DNA of 64,000 nucleotides from NCBI GenBank assembly GCA_963844875.1, contig CAWJPZ010000003.1, forward strand, positions 645,200-709,199, written 5' to 3'. Under the pieces are notes generated by a model that was given only the letters and a program-made list of their open reading frames with translations, was not told the DNA's origin and made no database searches. Shown in pieces: positions 48,130 to 57,919 of the stretch (its first letter is position 1; each line of letters starts with the position of its first letter). The position numbers were made by a program, and so were the translations under genes. This DNA is from an uncultured Acidobacteriota bacterium. GTDB lineage: Bacteria > Acidobacteriota > Vicinamibacteria > Vicinamibacterales > Fen-181.

Positions 48130-48912
48130 ATGGTTCGAATTCTCAGCGGCCTGGTTCTCATCCCCATCTTCTTCAGCTGCATCTGGTTCCTGCCGCCGCT
48201 GGCGCTGCTGGCGGTGGCGGAAGTGGTGCTCGTCCTCGCCTTCGTCGAATACGCCAGGCTCGCGGCGGCGCTCGGGGCGCAAATCCCCCGCGCCGCCTCG
48301 CTCGCGGCTGCGATGGCGGTCTGCGCGGCGCTGCCCCTCGACATTCCCCTGGAACTGCCGCTCGCGGCGGCGCTGGTCGGCCTTGGCGCCCTCGTCGTCG
48401 GCGCGCGCGTGCCCTCGCCCGGCGTGCTGAGCGACGTCGCCGCCGCGGCGTTTCCCGCTCTGTACCTGGGGTTGCCGCTGGGGAGCCTCGTCGCGCTGCA
48501 CGCGGCGGCAGGGCGTGAACGGGTACTGCTGCTCCTCCTCACCATCGTCGTCAGCGACACCGCGCAGTACTTCACCGGGCGGGCGTTCGGCCGTCACAAG
48601 CTGTCGCCCGTCATCAGCCCGAAGAAGACGCTGGAAGGGGCGGTCGGCGGCTTCGTCATCGCGCCGGCGGTGCTGCTGCTCGCAGGGCATTGGTGGCTGC
48701 CGGGCCGGTCCGCCGGCTGGATCCTCCTGGTCGGCATGGCAATCGTCGGCCTGGGCATTGCCGGCGACCTGTTCGAGTCGCTGCTGAAACGCAGTGCCGG
48801 CGTGAAGGACAGTTCGGCCTTGATTCCCGGCCACGGCGGGGTGCTCGACCGGATCGACGCGATGTTGTTCGCCGCGCCGGTCTTTTACGTCCTATTGAAG
48901 TATGGGGGCTAG
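48130..48912 (+). CDS. cdsA: Phosphatidate cytidylyltransferase
   Basis: A multi-TM protein with 'SDTAQYFTGRAFGRHKL.P.ISPKKT.EG' and 'KRSAGVKDSSALIPGHGGVLDR'. Confidence 0.9.
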   Translation: MVRILSGLVLIPIFFSCIWFLPPLALLAVAEVVLVLAFVEYARLAAALGAQIPRAASLAAAMAVCAALPLDIPLELPLAAALVGLGALVVGARVPSPGVLSDVAAAAFPALYLGLPLGSLVALHAAAGRERVLLLLLTIVVSDTAQYFTGRAFGRHKLSPVISPKKTLEGAVGGFVIAPAVLLLAGHWWLPGRSAGWILLVGMAIVGLGIAGDLFESLLKRSAGVKDSSALIPGHGGVLDRIDAMLFAAPVFYVLLKYGG

Positions 48913-49010
48913 GCGGTCGTGACGAACGCAGCCAACGCGGAATGCCGCATGTCAGGCAGAGAATGGCGGCCCGCCTCCGCCGTCCCCCGTCGCTCGGCAG
49001 GGGGCGGCCG

Positions 49011-50180
49011 GTGAGGCGACTCGCGATCCTCGGTTCGACCGGCTCGATTGGGAAGAGTGCCCTGTCGGTGGTGGATGCCCACCCGGACCGCCTCCAGGTG
49101 GTCGCGATGGCGGCCGGCGGGAACGTGGCGCTGTTCGCCGAACAGGTGCGGGCCTACCGGCCGCGGGTCGTGGCGATGGGTTCGGCCCACGCCGTGGACC
49201 GCCTGCGCCGCGCCGGGGACCTGTCCGGGGCCGACGTCGCGGGCCACGGCTCGGACGGGCTGGTTGCGGTGGCAACCCACCCGGACGTGGACATCGTGTT
49301 ATGCGCGTCGTCGGGCACGGCGGCGCTCGAAGCGGTGCTGGCCGGGATCGAGGCGGGCAAGACAATCGCGCTGGCGAACAAGGAAGTGCTGGTCATGGCG
49401 GGAGCCCTGATGACCGACGCCGCGCAGCGGCGAGGGGTCTCGATCCTGCCGGTGGACAGCGAGCACAACGCGATTCACCAGTGCCTGCGCGACCGTCCGC
49501 CGCACGAAGTCAGCCGGCTGATTCTCACCGCCTCGGGCGGGCCGTTCCGGGGCCACTCGCCGAAACAGCTCCAGGCGGTGGGGCCGACCGACGCCTTGAA
49601 GCACCCGACGTGGCGCATGGGCCGGAAGATTACGATCGACTCGGCCACGTTGATGAACAAGGGGCTGGAGGTGATCGAGGCTCGGTGGCTGTTCGGCGTG
49701 CCCGCCGACCGGATCGACGTCGTGGTGCACCCGCAGTCGGTCGTGCACTCGATGGTGGAGATGGTGGACGGATCGATCCTTGCGCAGTTGGGCATCACGG
49801 ACATGCGCCTGCCGATCCAGTACGCATTCTCCTACCCCGAGCGTTGGTCGTCGCCGCTTCCGCGGCTCGACCTCGCACGGTGCGGCCGGCTCGACTTCCA
49901 CCTGCCGGATCACGAGAAGTTCCCCGGCCTTCGCCTCGCGTATCGCGCGCTGGAGTCGGGTGGCGGGCTGCCCGTGGTGCTGAATGCCGCCAACGAGGTG
50001 GCGGTGGAGTCGTTCCTGGCCGGTCACCTGGGCTTCACGGATATCGCGGTGCTCATCGAGCGGACGATGGACGCGCACGTCCCCGCCCCGGTCGAGTCGC
50101 TCGCCGCGGTCCGGCGGCTGGACGGCTGGGCGCGAGCGTATTCCCAGGAACTCTCGCGCGGGCTAGAATCAAAGATCTGA
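49011..50180 (+). CDS. dxr: 1-deoxy-D-xylulose 5-phosphate reductoisomerase
   Basis: 'RRLAILGSTGSIG', 'LANKE', 'PVDSEHNAI', 'LTASGGPF' and 'HPQSVVHSMVE'. GTG 49011 gives the canonical N-terminus; ATG 48963 is an alternative. Confidence 0.95.
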   Translation: MRRLAILGSTGSIGKSALSVVDAHPDRLQVVAMAAGGNVALFAEQVRAYRPRVVAMGSAHAVDRLRRAGDLSGADVAGHGSDGLVAVATHPDVDIVLCASSGTAALEAVLAGIEAGKTIALANKEVLVMAGALMTDAAQRRGVSILPVDSEHNAIHQCLRDRPPHEVSRLILTASGGPFRGHSPKQLQAVGPTDALKHPTWRMGRKITIDSATLMNKGLEVIEARWLFGVPADRIDVVVHPQSVVHSMVEMVDGSILAQLGITDMRLPIQYAFSYPERWSSPLPRLDLARCGRLDFHLPDHEKFPGLRLAYRALESGGGLPVVLNAANEVAVESFLAGHLGFTDIAVLIERTMDAHVPAPVESLAAVRRLDGWARAYSQELSRGLESKI

Positions 50181-50190
50181 GGGTTTTCAC

Positions 50191-51510
50191 TTGCTGCTGA
50201 CGACTGCCGCGTTCATCTTCGTGCTCGGCGTGCTGATCTTCGTCCACGAGCTGGGCCACTTCATCATGGCCCGGCGGATCGGCGTGCGAGTGATCACGTT
50301 TTCCCTGGGTTTTGGCCCGAAGGTCATCGGGTTCACGCGCGGCGACACCGAATACCGCATCAGCGCGGTGCCGCTCGGCGGCTACGTGAAGATGGCCGGC
50401 GAGACGCCAGACGACCCGCGCACGGGCAGGCCGGACGAGTTCCTCTCGAAGACGAAATGGGAGCGCTTCCAGGTGCTCATCATGGGTCCCGTGATGAACA
50501 TCGTCCTGGCGGTCGTGCTGATGTGGGTGGTGTTCATGCAGGCCGCCCGGGTCCCGGCGTTCCTCGACCGCGCGCCTGTCGTCGGCGCGGTCGCGGCCGG
50601 GTCGCCGGCAGAGCGCGGCGGCGTCAAGCCTGGTGACCGCATCGTCAAGGTGGCCGGCCGCCAGGTCGGCACGTGGGAGCAGCTGTCCATGGCGATCGGC
50701 GCCAAGGCCAAGCGCGAGGTGGCGCTCGAGGTCGTGCGCGGGGACCAGACGCTGAGGTTGAACGTCACGCCCGACGCGCAGACGAAGTACGAAATCGGAG
50801 ACATCGGGGTGTTTCCCGACGTCCACCCGTCGATCGGCCAGGTGGTGCCCGGTGATCCCGCCGAGAAGGGCGGCCTCAAGGTGGGCGACGCGGTCATCAG
50901 CTTCAACGGCCAGACGATCACCTACAGCGGCCAGCTGACAGAGCTGATTGCCAAGTTCCCGAACCAGAAGGTGACATTCGGCGTTCGGCGCGGCGACGTG
51001 CGCCAGGACGTGGAGGTCGTGCCGCAGCTGCGTGGCAAGAAAGGCTACGTGGGCGTCAGCCTCATGGACGAGGCGAAGACGGTGCACCTCGGCCCGGTAG
51101 CGGCGGCCAAGATGAGCATCCAGCGGAATTACGAGTTCAGCGGGATGATCTTCCAGACGCTGGTGGGCCTGCTCACGCGCGAGACGTCTCCCAAGCAGTT
51201 GATGGGGCCGGTGGCCATCGCCCAGCTCTCCGGCGAGTCGGCGCAACTCGGTTGGATCGCTCTCTTCACGCTCATGGCGTCGATCAGCCTCAACCTCGGC
51301 ATCCTGAACCTCCTGCCGATCCCGGTGCTCGACGGCGGCCACATCTTCATCATGGCGCTCGAGGGGCTCGCGCGGCGCGATTTCAGCGCCAAGGTGAAGG
51401 AGAGCATGCTGCTGGCGGGCTTCGCGGTGCTGATGGTCCTGATGGTGACGGTGATCTACAACGACCTCACCAGGGTGGTCTGGATCGAGCGGTTGATGTT
51501 CTGGAGGTAG
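50191..51510 (+). CDS. rseP: RIP (site-2) zinc metalloprotease RseP
   Basis: 'HELGHF', two PDZ segments, and 'NLLPIPVLDGGH'. The start codon is TTG. Confidence 0.9.
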   Translation: MLLTTAAFIFVLGVLIFVHELGHFIMARRIGVRVITFSLGFGPKVIGFTRGDTEYRISAVPLGGYVKMAGETPDDPRTGRPDEFLSKTKWERFQVLIMGPVMNIVLAVVLMWVVFMQAARVPAFLDRAPVVGAVAAGSPAERGGVKPGDRIVKVAGRQVGTWEQLSMAIGAKAKREVALEVVRGDQTLRLNVTPDAQTKYEIGDIGVFPDVHPSIGQVVPGDPAEKGGLKVGDAVISFNGQTITYSGQLTELIAKFPNQKVTFGVRRGDVRQDVEVVPQLRGKKGYVGVSLMDEAKTVHLGPVAAAKMSIQRNYEFSGMIFQTLVGLLTRETSPKQLMGPVAIAQLSGESAQLGWIALFTLMASISLNLGILNLLPIPVLDGGHIFIMALEGLARRDFSAKVKESMLLAGFAVLMVLMVTVIYNDLTRVVWIERLMFWR

Positions 51511-51518
51511 CCAGCTCT

Positions 51519-51608
51519 CCTAGTGGCTAGTGGCTAGTGACTTGGCGGCCAGTGGCTGGTCCGTCACCCGTGATGTGCTAACCACCGACCACTAGCCACT
51601 GATCACTG
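51519..51608. repeat. Imperfect palindromic intergenic element, copy A (heptad-built arms CTAGTGG/CCACTAG)
   Basis: AGTGGCTAGTGG (51522-51533) pairs perfectly with CCACTAGCCACT (51589-51600). The core GGCCAGTGGCTGGTCCGTCACCCGTG and the 3' block GACCACTAGCCACTGATCACT are shared with copy B. The 3' arm overlaps the ispG stop. Confidence 0.8.
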
Positions 51609-52823
51609 CTTGCGCGGGTACTTCGTCTCCACGTAATCGTCTACCAGCTTCCTGAACGCTTCCGCGAGTTCGTCGTGGGTCCCCTTCAGCGTCGTGAAAT
51701 GCTGTCCGTCGATGAAGACCGGGCAGTGGGGAGCCTCGCCGGTCCCGGGCAGGCTGATGCCGATGTTCGCGGCCTTCGACTCGCCGGGGCCATTCACGAC
51801 GCACCCCATCACCGCGAGCGTCATCGTTTCCACCCCCGTGCGCTGCGCCTTCCACGCCGGCATCTGCTCGCGCACGTAGCCCTGGATCCGTTCCGCCAGT
51901 TCCTGGAACGTGGTGCTGGTGGTGCGCCCGCAGCCGGGGCACGCGGTGACGCTCGGTGCGAAGGCGCGCAGCCCGAGCGCCTGCAGCAGTTCGCAGGCCG
52001 CGTACACTTCTTCACGACGGTCGCCGCCGGGCCTCGGGGTCAGCGAGACGCGAATCGTGTCGCCGATCCCCTCGTTGAGGAGGACCGCCATCGCGGAGGC
52101 CGACCACACCAGCCCCTTGATTCCCATTCCCGCCTCGGTCAGGCCGAGGTGGAGGGGTTGCCGGGTCCTGGTCGCGAGTTCCCGGTAGACGGCGATCAGG
52201 TGGGCCGGCCTCGACACCTTGCAGGAGATGATGATCTGATCCTCTCGCAGACCCGATTCGAGCGCCAGTTCGGTCGACTCGACGGCCGAGAGGACCATGC
52301 ACTGGTTGATGATTTCCTCGGAGCTCAGTCCCAGGTTCCCGTCGGTGTTCTCCTGCATCCGGCGCATCACCAGTTCCTGGTTCAGCGACCCGCCGTTGAC
52401 ACCGATGCGCACGGGCTTGCCGTGGTCCATCGCCACACGGCAGATTGTCGCGAACTGCTCGTCGCGCCTGCGGCCGGAGCCGACGTTGCCGGGGTTGATG
52501 CGGTACTTGTCCAGCGCGCGAGCACAGTCGGGGTGGCGCGTCAGCAGGATGTGGCCGTTGTAGTGAAAATCGCCGATCAGTGGGGCTTCGCACCCGGCAT
52601 CCAGGAGCCGGCGCTTGATCTCCGGTACCGCTGCTGCCGCTTCCGGCAGGTTGACCGTCACCCGGAGCATCTCGGACCCGGCGCGCGCGAGCTCGAGGCA
52701 CTGCTTGGCCGTCGAAGCGACGTCGGCCGTGTCGGTGTTGCACATCGACTGGACGACCACCGGCGCGCCGCCGCCCACCTGGACCTGGCCCACCCGAACC
52801 CCAACCGTATCGTGCCGCTTCAT
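51603..52823 (-). CDS. ispG: 4-hydroxy-3-methylbut-2-en-1-yl diphosphate synthase
   Basis: '[17 protein letters not shown]', 'RINPGN', 'CPGCGRT' and 'GCVVNGPGE'. Confidence 0.95.
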   Translation of the reverse strand: MKRHDTVGVRVGQVQVGGGAPVVVQSMCNTDTADVASTAKQCLELARAGSEMLRVTVNLPEAAAAVPEIKRRLLDAGCEAPLIGDFHYNGHILLTRHPDCARALDKYRINPGNVGSGRRRDEQFATICRVAMDHGKPVRIGVNGGSLNQELVMRRMQENTDGNLGLSSEEIINQCMVLSAVESTELALESGLREDQIIISCKVSRPAHLIAVYRELATRTRQPLHLGLTEAGMGIKGLVWSASAMAVLLNEGIGDTIRVSLTPRPGGDRREEVYAACELLQALGLRAFAPSVTACPGCGRTTSTTFQELAERIQGYVREQMPAWKAQRTGVETMTLAVMGCVVNGPGESKAANIGISLPGTGEAPHCPVFIDGQHFTTLKGTHDELAEAFRKLVDDYVETKYPRKQ

Positions 52824-52912
52824 GCTTCGATGATAGCTCAGTGGTCGCAGTCTTGCAGGCTCTGCCCTGAGTGGGCCGGAGCGCCCGCACGGGGAAGACG
52901 AGGGAGGACATC

Positions 52913-53884
52913 ATGCGACACCACAACCATGGACTTCTGCGCATCCTGGCCGTTCTGCTGAGCCTGTCGGCCGTGGCCGCGATAGAAGCGTCCGCGCAGA
53001 CGACCCGGCGACCGACTACCCAAAGTGTGCAGTCGGCCAGCGCAACGCAGGCCGATATCGATCGGCTTCAGAACTCCGTCAACGAGGCCGAGCGTGCGGT
53101 CGCACGGCTGCGGGACCGTGATGCGAACCTCGCCAGCCGGCTCCAGGACCGCCTGGACGACGCCCGCGACGAGGTGACCTATTTGAGGGTCAAGCTCCGC
53201 AAGGAAGGCCGCGTCTCGAGCGGTGAGGTTGCGGATGCCCGCGACCAGATCGAACAGGTGCGGGCACAGGCGGTTGGCGACATCCCGGATGCCTACAGCC
53301 AGCCGCGCGGCACCGTCGGAACCCGGAGCAATCGTGACGACGCCGCGTATCCGAGAGAGACGGTCCAGCAGGGCCGGAGTGCGCGGGCCAACGAGATCCC
53401 GGTTGGAACCGAGATGGATGTCCGGCTGCAGACCGTGTTGAGCTCGGACACCGCGCAGGTGGAGGACCCGTTCGAGGCCACGACTCTCGTGGATCTGATG
53501 AGCGGGGACAAGGTACTGGTGCCGGCCGGCTCGACGGTTCGCGGCATCGTCTCGGCGGTGGACAAGGCCGGCCGGATCGAACGGAAGGGACGGCTGACGT
53601 TGCGATTCGACCGGATGAGCGTCGACCGCACCAGCTACCCGATCAAGGCGAGCGTGACCGAGGCCCTGGAGAGCGGCGGCTACCGCGGTGACGCGGTGAA
53701 GATCGGCGCGGGCGCGGGTGTCGGGGCGATCATCGGGGGCATCCTCGGCGGTGCGAAGGGCGCGCTCGCCGGGATCCTCATCGGCGGCGGCGGGGTCGTG
53801 GCGGCAACGGAAGGCCAGGACGTCAACCTGCCGTCCGGGACCGTGCTGCGGATCAGGTTCGACGAGCCGCTGGTGGTCAGGTAG
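52913..53884 (+). CDS. Hypothetical secreted protein (coiled-coil N-terminal part, beta-rich middle, C-terminal glycine-zipper)
   Basis: It has a signal peptide after ATG 52913 and 'GAGAGVGAIIGGILGGAKGALAGILIGGGG'. I recognise no family. Confidence 0.5.
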   Translation: MRHHNHGLLRILAVLLSLSAVAAIEASAQTTRRPTTQSVQSASATQADIDRLQNSVNEAERAVARLRDRDANLASRLQDRLDDARDEVTYLRVKLRKEGRVSSGEVADARDQIEQVRAQAVGDIPDAYSQPRGTVGTRSNRDDAAYPRETVQQGRSARANEIPVGTEMDVRLQTVLSSDTAQVEDPFEATTLVDLMSGDKVLVPAGSTVRGIVSAVDKAGRIERKGRLTLRFDRMSVDRTSYPIKASVTEALESGGYRGDAVKIGAGAGVGAIIGGILGGAKGALAGILIGGGGVVAATEGQDVNLPSGTVLRIRFDEPLVVR

Positions 53885-53965
53885 AGAAGTGGTCAGTGGC
53901 TGGGGGTGGCCAGTCCGTCACCCGTGGCGGCCCAATTCACTGACCACTAGCCACTAATCACTAGG
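53885..53965. repeat. Imperfect palindromic intergenic element, copy B
   Basis: AGTGGTCAGTG (53888-53898) pairs with CACTGACCACT (53938-53948). GGCCAGTCCGTCACCCGTG matches copy A except for a 7-nt indel. GACCACTAGCCACTAATCACT matches copy A at 20 of 21 positions. Confidence 0.8.
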
Positions 53966-53974
53966 CACTACTCT

Positions 53975-55276
53975 CTAGGCTACGGAAGCCGCCTCCTTCA
54001 TGGCCGCCCTGGCAGCGCGAATCGTCTTCTTCACGTCCGCCTCCGTGTGGGCGGCGGAAAGGAACCAGGCCTCGAACTGAGACGGCGGCGGATAGATGCC
54101 GCGCGCGAGCATACCCCGGAAGAACGCGGCGTACTGCATGCTGTTCGACTGCAGCGCGGAGTGGTAGTCCCGCACCGGCGCGTTGGTGAAGAACGGGGTC
54201 AACAACGAGCCGTGCCCGTTGATTTGCACGGCAACCCCCGCCTCGCGTGCCGCCTCAGCCAACCCTTGGGCCAGCATGCCGCCAAGCCTCGCGAGGCGCT
54301 TGTACAACGGCTTCGACAGGCCGGACAGCGACCAGAGCCCGGCGGCCATCGCGAGAGGGTTCCCGGACAGCGTGCCGGCCTGGTAGACCGGTCCGGCGGG
54401 CGACACGTACTCCATGAGGTCGGCACGCCCCCCGTAAGCGCCGACAGGCAGGCCGCCGCCGATGATCTTCCCGAGGCAGGTGAGGTCAGGCTTCACCCTG
54501 TAAATCTGCTGCGCGCCGCCGGCCGACGCCCGGAAGCCCGAGATCACTTCGTCGAAGATCAGCAGCATCCCGTTGCGGTCACAGATGTCGCGCAGGCCGG
54601 CGAGGAACCCGTCGCCCGGCAGCACCATCCCCATGTTCCCGGCGATCGGTTCAACCACCAGCGCGGCGATCTGGTTGCGGTTCGTCTCGCACAACCGCTC
54701 CACCGACGCCAGGTCGTTGTAGGTCGCGAGCAGCGTGTGCTGCACGGCCTTGCGGGGAACGCCCGGGCTGGTCGGCGCGCCGAGCGTCGTCGCGCCCGAC
54801 CCCGCTTTCACGAGGAACGGGTCGGCGTGCCCGTGGTAGCACCCCTCGAACTTGATGATGCGGTCGCGCCCGGTCGCCGCGCGAGCGAGCCTGACGGCGC
54901 TCATCGCCGCCTCCGTCCCGGAGTTCACGAACCGGATGCGCTCGATGGACGGCATCAGCGAACGGACCTTCTCGCCGAGCCTCACCTCGGCCTCCGTCGG
55001 AGCCCCGTAACTCGTTCCGAGCCGGGCGGCGTCACCGAGGACCTTGAGGAGGCCGCGCGGGGCGTGGCCGTGAATCAGCGGCCCCCACGACATCACGTAG
55101 TCCACGTAGGTGTTGCCGTCCACGTCCTCGATCCGGGCGCCCTTCGCGGACCTGATGAAGAGCGGGTCGCTGCCGACGGCCTTGAATGCCCGGACAGGGC
55201 TGTCGACGCCACCGGGGAGGATCTTCTGCGCGCGGGCGAACAGCTTGGCCGATGCCTGGGTGCGGAGTGTCTTCAT
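53975..55276 (-). CDS. hemL: Glutamate-1-semialdehyde 2,1-aminomutase
   Basis: 'PGGVDSPVRAF', 'YVMSWGPLIHGH', 'DEVISGFR' and 'LGKIIGGGLPVGAYGG'. Confidence 0.95.
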   Translation of the reverse strand: MKTLRTQASAKLFARAQKILPGGVDSPVRAFKAVGSDPLFIRSAKGARIEDVDGNTYVDYVMSWGPLIHGHAPRGLLKVLGDAARLGTSYGAPTEAEVRLGEKVRSLMPSIERIRFVNSGTEAAMSAVRLARAATGRDRIIKFEGCYHGHADPFLVKAGSGATTLGAPTSPGVPRKAVQHTLLATYNDLASVERLCETNRNQIAALVVEPIAGNMGMVLPGDGFLAGLRDICDRNGMLLIFDEVISGFRASAGGAQQIYRVKPDLTCLGKIIGGGLPVGAYGGRADLMEYVSPAGPVYQAGTLSGNPLAMAAGLWSLSGLSKPLYKRLARLGGMLAQGLAEAAREAGVAVQINGHGSLLTPFFTNAPVRDYHSALQSNSMQYAAFFRGMLARGIYPPPSQFEAWFLSAAHTEADVKKTIRAARAAMKEAASVA

Positions 55277-55279
55277 GGT

Positions 55280-56272
55280 CTACCGGAGCGCACGCGCGGC
55301 TTCCCGCGCAAAGTAGGTGATGATGATGTCGGCGCCGGCGCGGCGGATGCCGGTCAGCATCTCCAGCATCGCACGGGGACCGTCGATCCATCCTTGCTGA
55401 GCGGCAGCCTGCAGCATCGAATATTCGCCGCTGACGTTGTAGGCAGCCGTCGGGTAGCCGAACTCGGCCTTCACCCGGGCGATGACGTCGAGGTAGGGCA
55501 GCGCCGGCTTCACCATCACGATGTCGGCGCCTTCCTCGATGTCCTCCGCGACTTCCCGCAGGGCCTCCTCCGAGTTCGCCGGATCCATCTGGTGGGTCCG
55601 GCGGTCGCCGAACTTCGGGGCCGAGTCGGCGGCGTCCCGGAACGGCCCGTAGAACGCCGAGCAGTACTTCGCCGCGTAGGACATGATGGCGACGTCCTGG
55701 AACCCGCTCGCGTCCAACGCGCCGCGGATCGCGCCGATGCGGCCATCCAGCATGTCCGAGGGGGCGACGATGTCCGCCCCGGCCTCGGCGTGAGAGAGCG
55801 CGGTCTTCACGAGGAGCGCCACGCTTTCGTCGTTCGCGATCACCCCGTCCACGATCAGGCCGCAGTGGCCGTGCGAGGTGTACTCGCAGAGGCAGACGTC
55901 CGTTATCGCGAGGATCGAAGGGTCGGCGGCCTTGATCGCCCGCACGGCGGCCTGGACCGGGGCCTGGTCGTCGTACGCCGCCGAGCCGGTCTCGTCCTTG
56001 TACGCCGGCAGGCCGAACAGGAGAACGCCAGGGATGCCTTCGGCTTTTGCGGCGACCGCTTCCTTCACCGCTTCGTCCACCGACAGGTTGAAGACGCCCG
56101 GCATCGAGGCGACCTCCCGGCGGACGCCGGTTCCCTCGCAGACGAACAGCGGGTAGATGAACATGTCCGGCGAGAGCCGGGTTTCGCGCACCATCGACCG
56201 GATGCCCGGCGACCGCCGGAGGCGGCGTCCGCGGCGCACCAGGTCGAGTCGGGAACCAACATCGGCAGGCAT
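55280..56272 (-). CDS. hemB: Porphobilinogen synthase (delta-aminolevulinate dehydratase)
   Basis: 'RRLRRSPGIRSMVRE', 'IYPLFV', 'DVCLCEYTSHGHCG', 'MVKPALPYLD' and 'YNVSGEY'. Confidence 0.95.
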   Translation of the reverse strand: MPADVGSRLDLVRRGRRLRRSPGIRSMVRETRLSPDMFIYPLFVCEGTGVRREVASMPGVFNLSVDEAVKEAVAAKAEGIPGVLLFGLPAYKDETGSAAYDDQAPVQAAVRAIKAADPSILAITDVCLCEYTSHGHCGLIVDGVIANDESVALLVKTALSHAEAGADIVAPSDMLDGRIGAIRGALDASGFQDVAIMSYAAKYCSAFYGPFRDAADSAPKFGDRRTHQMDPANSEEALREVAEDIEEGADIVMVKPALPYLDVIARVKAEFGYPTAAYNVSGEYSMLQAAAQQGWIDGPRAMLEMLTGIRRAGADIIITYFAREAARALR

Positions 56273-56324
56273 GGGAGAACCTCTCTTACAGGATATCGAG
56301 TTGGGAGGCGGACTCGGGAGTCCG

Positions 56325-57858
56325 TCAGGCCCTTTCGAAGTGCTCCACGATCGCGCGAACGAGCGCCGGGATCGTGTATTCGGCCGGCATGATCGTCGTC
56401 TTGATCCCGCACTGCAGCGCCGCCTCGGCGGTCACCGGCCCAATCGAGGCGATCGCGACGGGCTGCAGCAGGTCGGCGACCGGCTCGGTGCCGTAGAGCC
56501 GGACGAAATTCCGGACGGTGGAAGCGCTGGTGAACGTCATCGCGTCCACCTTGCGGTCGAGCAGCATCCGGTAGATGTCCGGCTCGTTGTCGCGGTCCGG
56601 CTCCACCGCCACGGTGCGGTAGGCGGTGACCTCGTTCACCAGCCCGCCCGACTTTCGCAGTTCGTCCGCGAGCATCTCTCGCGCGATGTCCGCGCGCGGC
56701 AGCAGGAACGATTGCCCGCTCAAGTCGCCCGTGGCCCGGAGTGCCTCGAGGACCGCCTCGGCGCGGTACTCCGAGGGCATCAGGTCCACCTTCAGGCCAT
56801 GCCGGGCCAGGCGCTCCGCGGTGCCCGGGCCGATGGCGCACAACCTCACCCCGGCGAGCGCGCGGGTGTCCGCGGGCCCGGCGTGCAGGCGCTGGAAGAA
56901 GTAGTCCACGCCGTTCACGCTGGTGAAGATCACCCAGTTGGTACTGACCGACCGCCGCACACGCCTCGTCGAGCGGGCCGAAATCCTCGGGCGGCACGAT
57001 GCGGACGGTGGGGGCCTCCACGACGGTCGCGCCAAGCTGCTCGAGCGCCTCCACCAGTTCCGCGGCCTGTTCCCGGGGCCGCGTCACGACGATCCGTTTC
57101 CCGAAGAGCGGGCGGGCGTCGAACCAGCGCAGGTGCGACCGCAGGCCAGTCACGCGCCCGACGACGAGCATCGCGGGGTTCTTGAACTTGGGTTCGCGGG
57201 CCATCTCGGCCAGTTCGCCGATCGTCGCCTCGACGGTCTCTTGCTCGGGCAGCGTCCCGCTGAAGATCAGGGCGGCGCCCTCCTGCTCCGACCAGCCGTG
57301 CGACAACATCGCGTCCAGCATCCCCGGCAGCTGTTTCGGGCCCGAGTAGCAGACGACGGTGCCACCCAGCTTGCAGAGGCTCGCCCAGTCCACGTGGGCC
57401 TTCTTGCCGTGCTCCGCCTCGTGGCCCCTGACGAAGGTCACCGTGTCGCCGCCGCCAGGGTAGGTGATGGGGATCCCCGCGTAGGCCGGCACCCCAATCG
57501 CCGCCGGGATCCCCGGCACGACCTCGAACTGCACGGCGTGCTCGTGCAGGAACAGCGCTTCCTCGCCGCCGCGGTCGAAGACGAACGGGTCGCCCCATTT
57601 CAACCGTGCGACGGTCTTTCCCTCGCGCGCCTTCTCGGCGAGCAGGTAGCAAATCGCTTCCTGCTCGAGAGGTTCGGGCGCGGCCGGGCCGACGTCAATC
57701 CGTTCCGCGTCCGGCCGGGCGCTGCGCAGCAGCCGCTGATGAACCAGGTGGTCGTAGATGACGACGTCGGCCTGGTTCAGGTACCGCATTCCCCGCACGC
57801 TGATCAGCCAGGGGTCGCCGGGGCCGGCCCCTATCAAGTAGACGATCGGCTTCTTCAT
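56325..57858 (-). CDS. cobA/hemD: Uroporphyrinogen-III C-methyltransferase/uroporphyrinogen-III synthase fusion, with the frame broken once at about 56940
   Basis: The SUMT part, 'VYLIGAGPGDPWLISVRG...VVIYDHL...GGDPFVFDRGGEE', is in the 56065..58056 frame up to 'AAVGQY'. The HemD part, 'NWVIFTSVNGVDYFF...', is in the 56325..57035 frame. The junction lies next to GTAC 56941-56944. Confidence 0.85.
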
Positions 57859-57919
57859 CGAACAATCCCGTCTGGCAAAATGCGGAAAGAGGCCACGCGC
57901 GTCGCTTTCGCCGGGGCCA

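Noticed and set aside
52834-52846. The tRNA-like string TAGCTCAGTGGTC in the ispG/hypothetical divergent gap.
   Set aside because: It has no complementary GAGC to close a D-stem, no acceptor stem and no T-arm. It is probably related to the CAGTGGTC-type repeat family.
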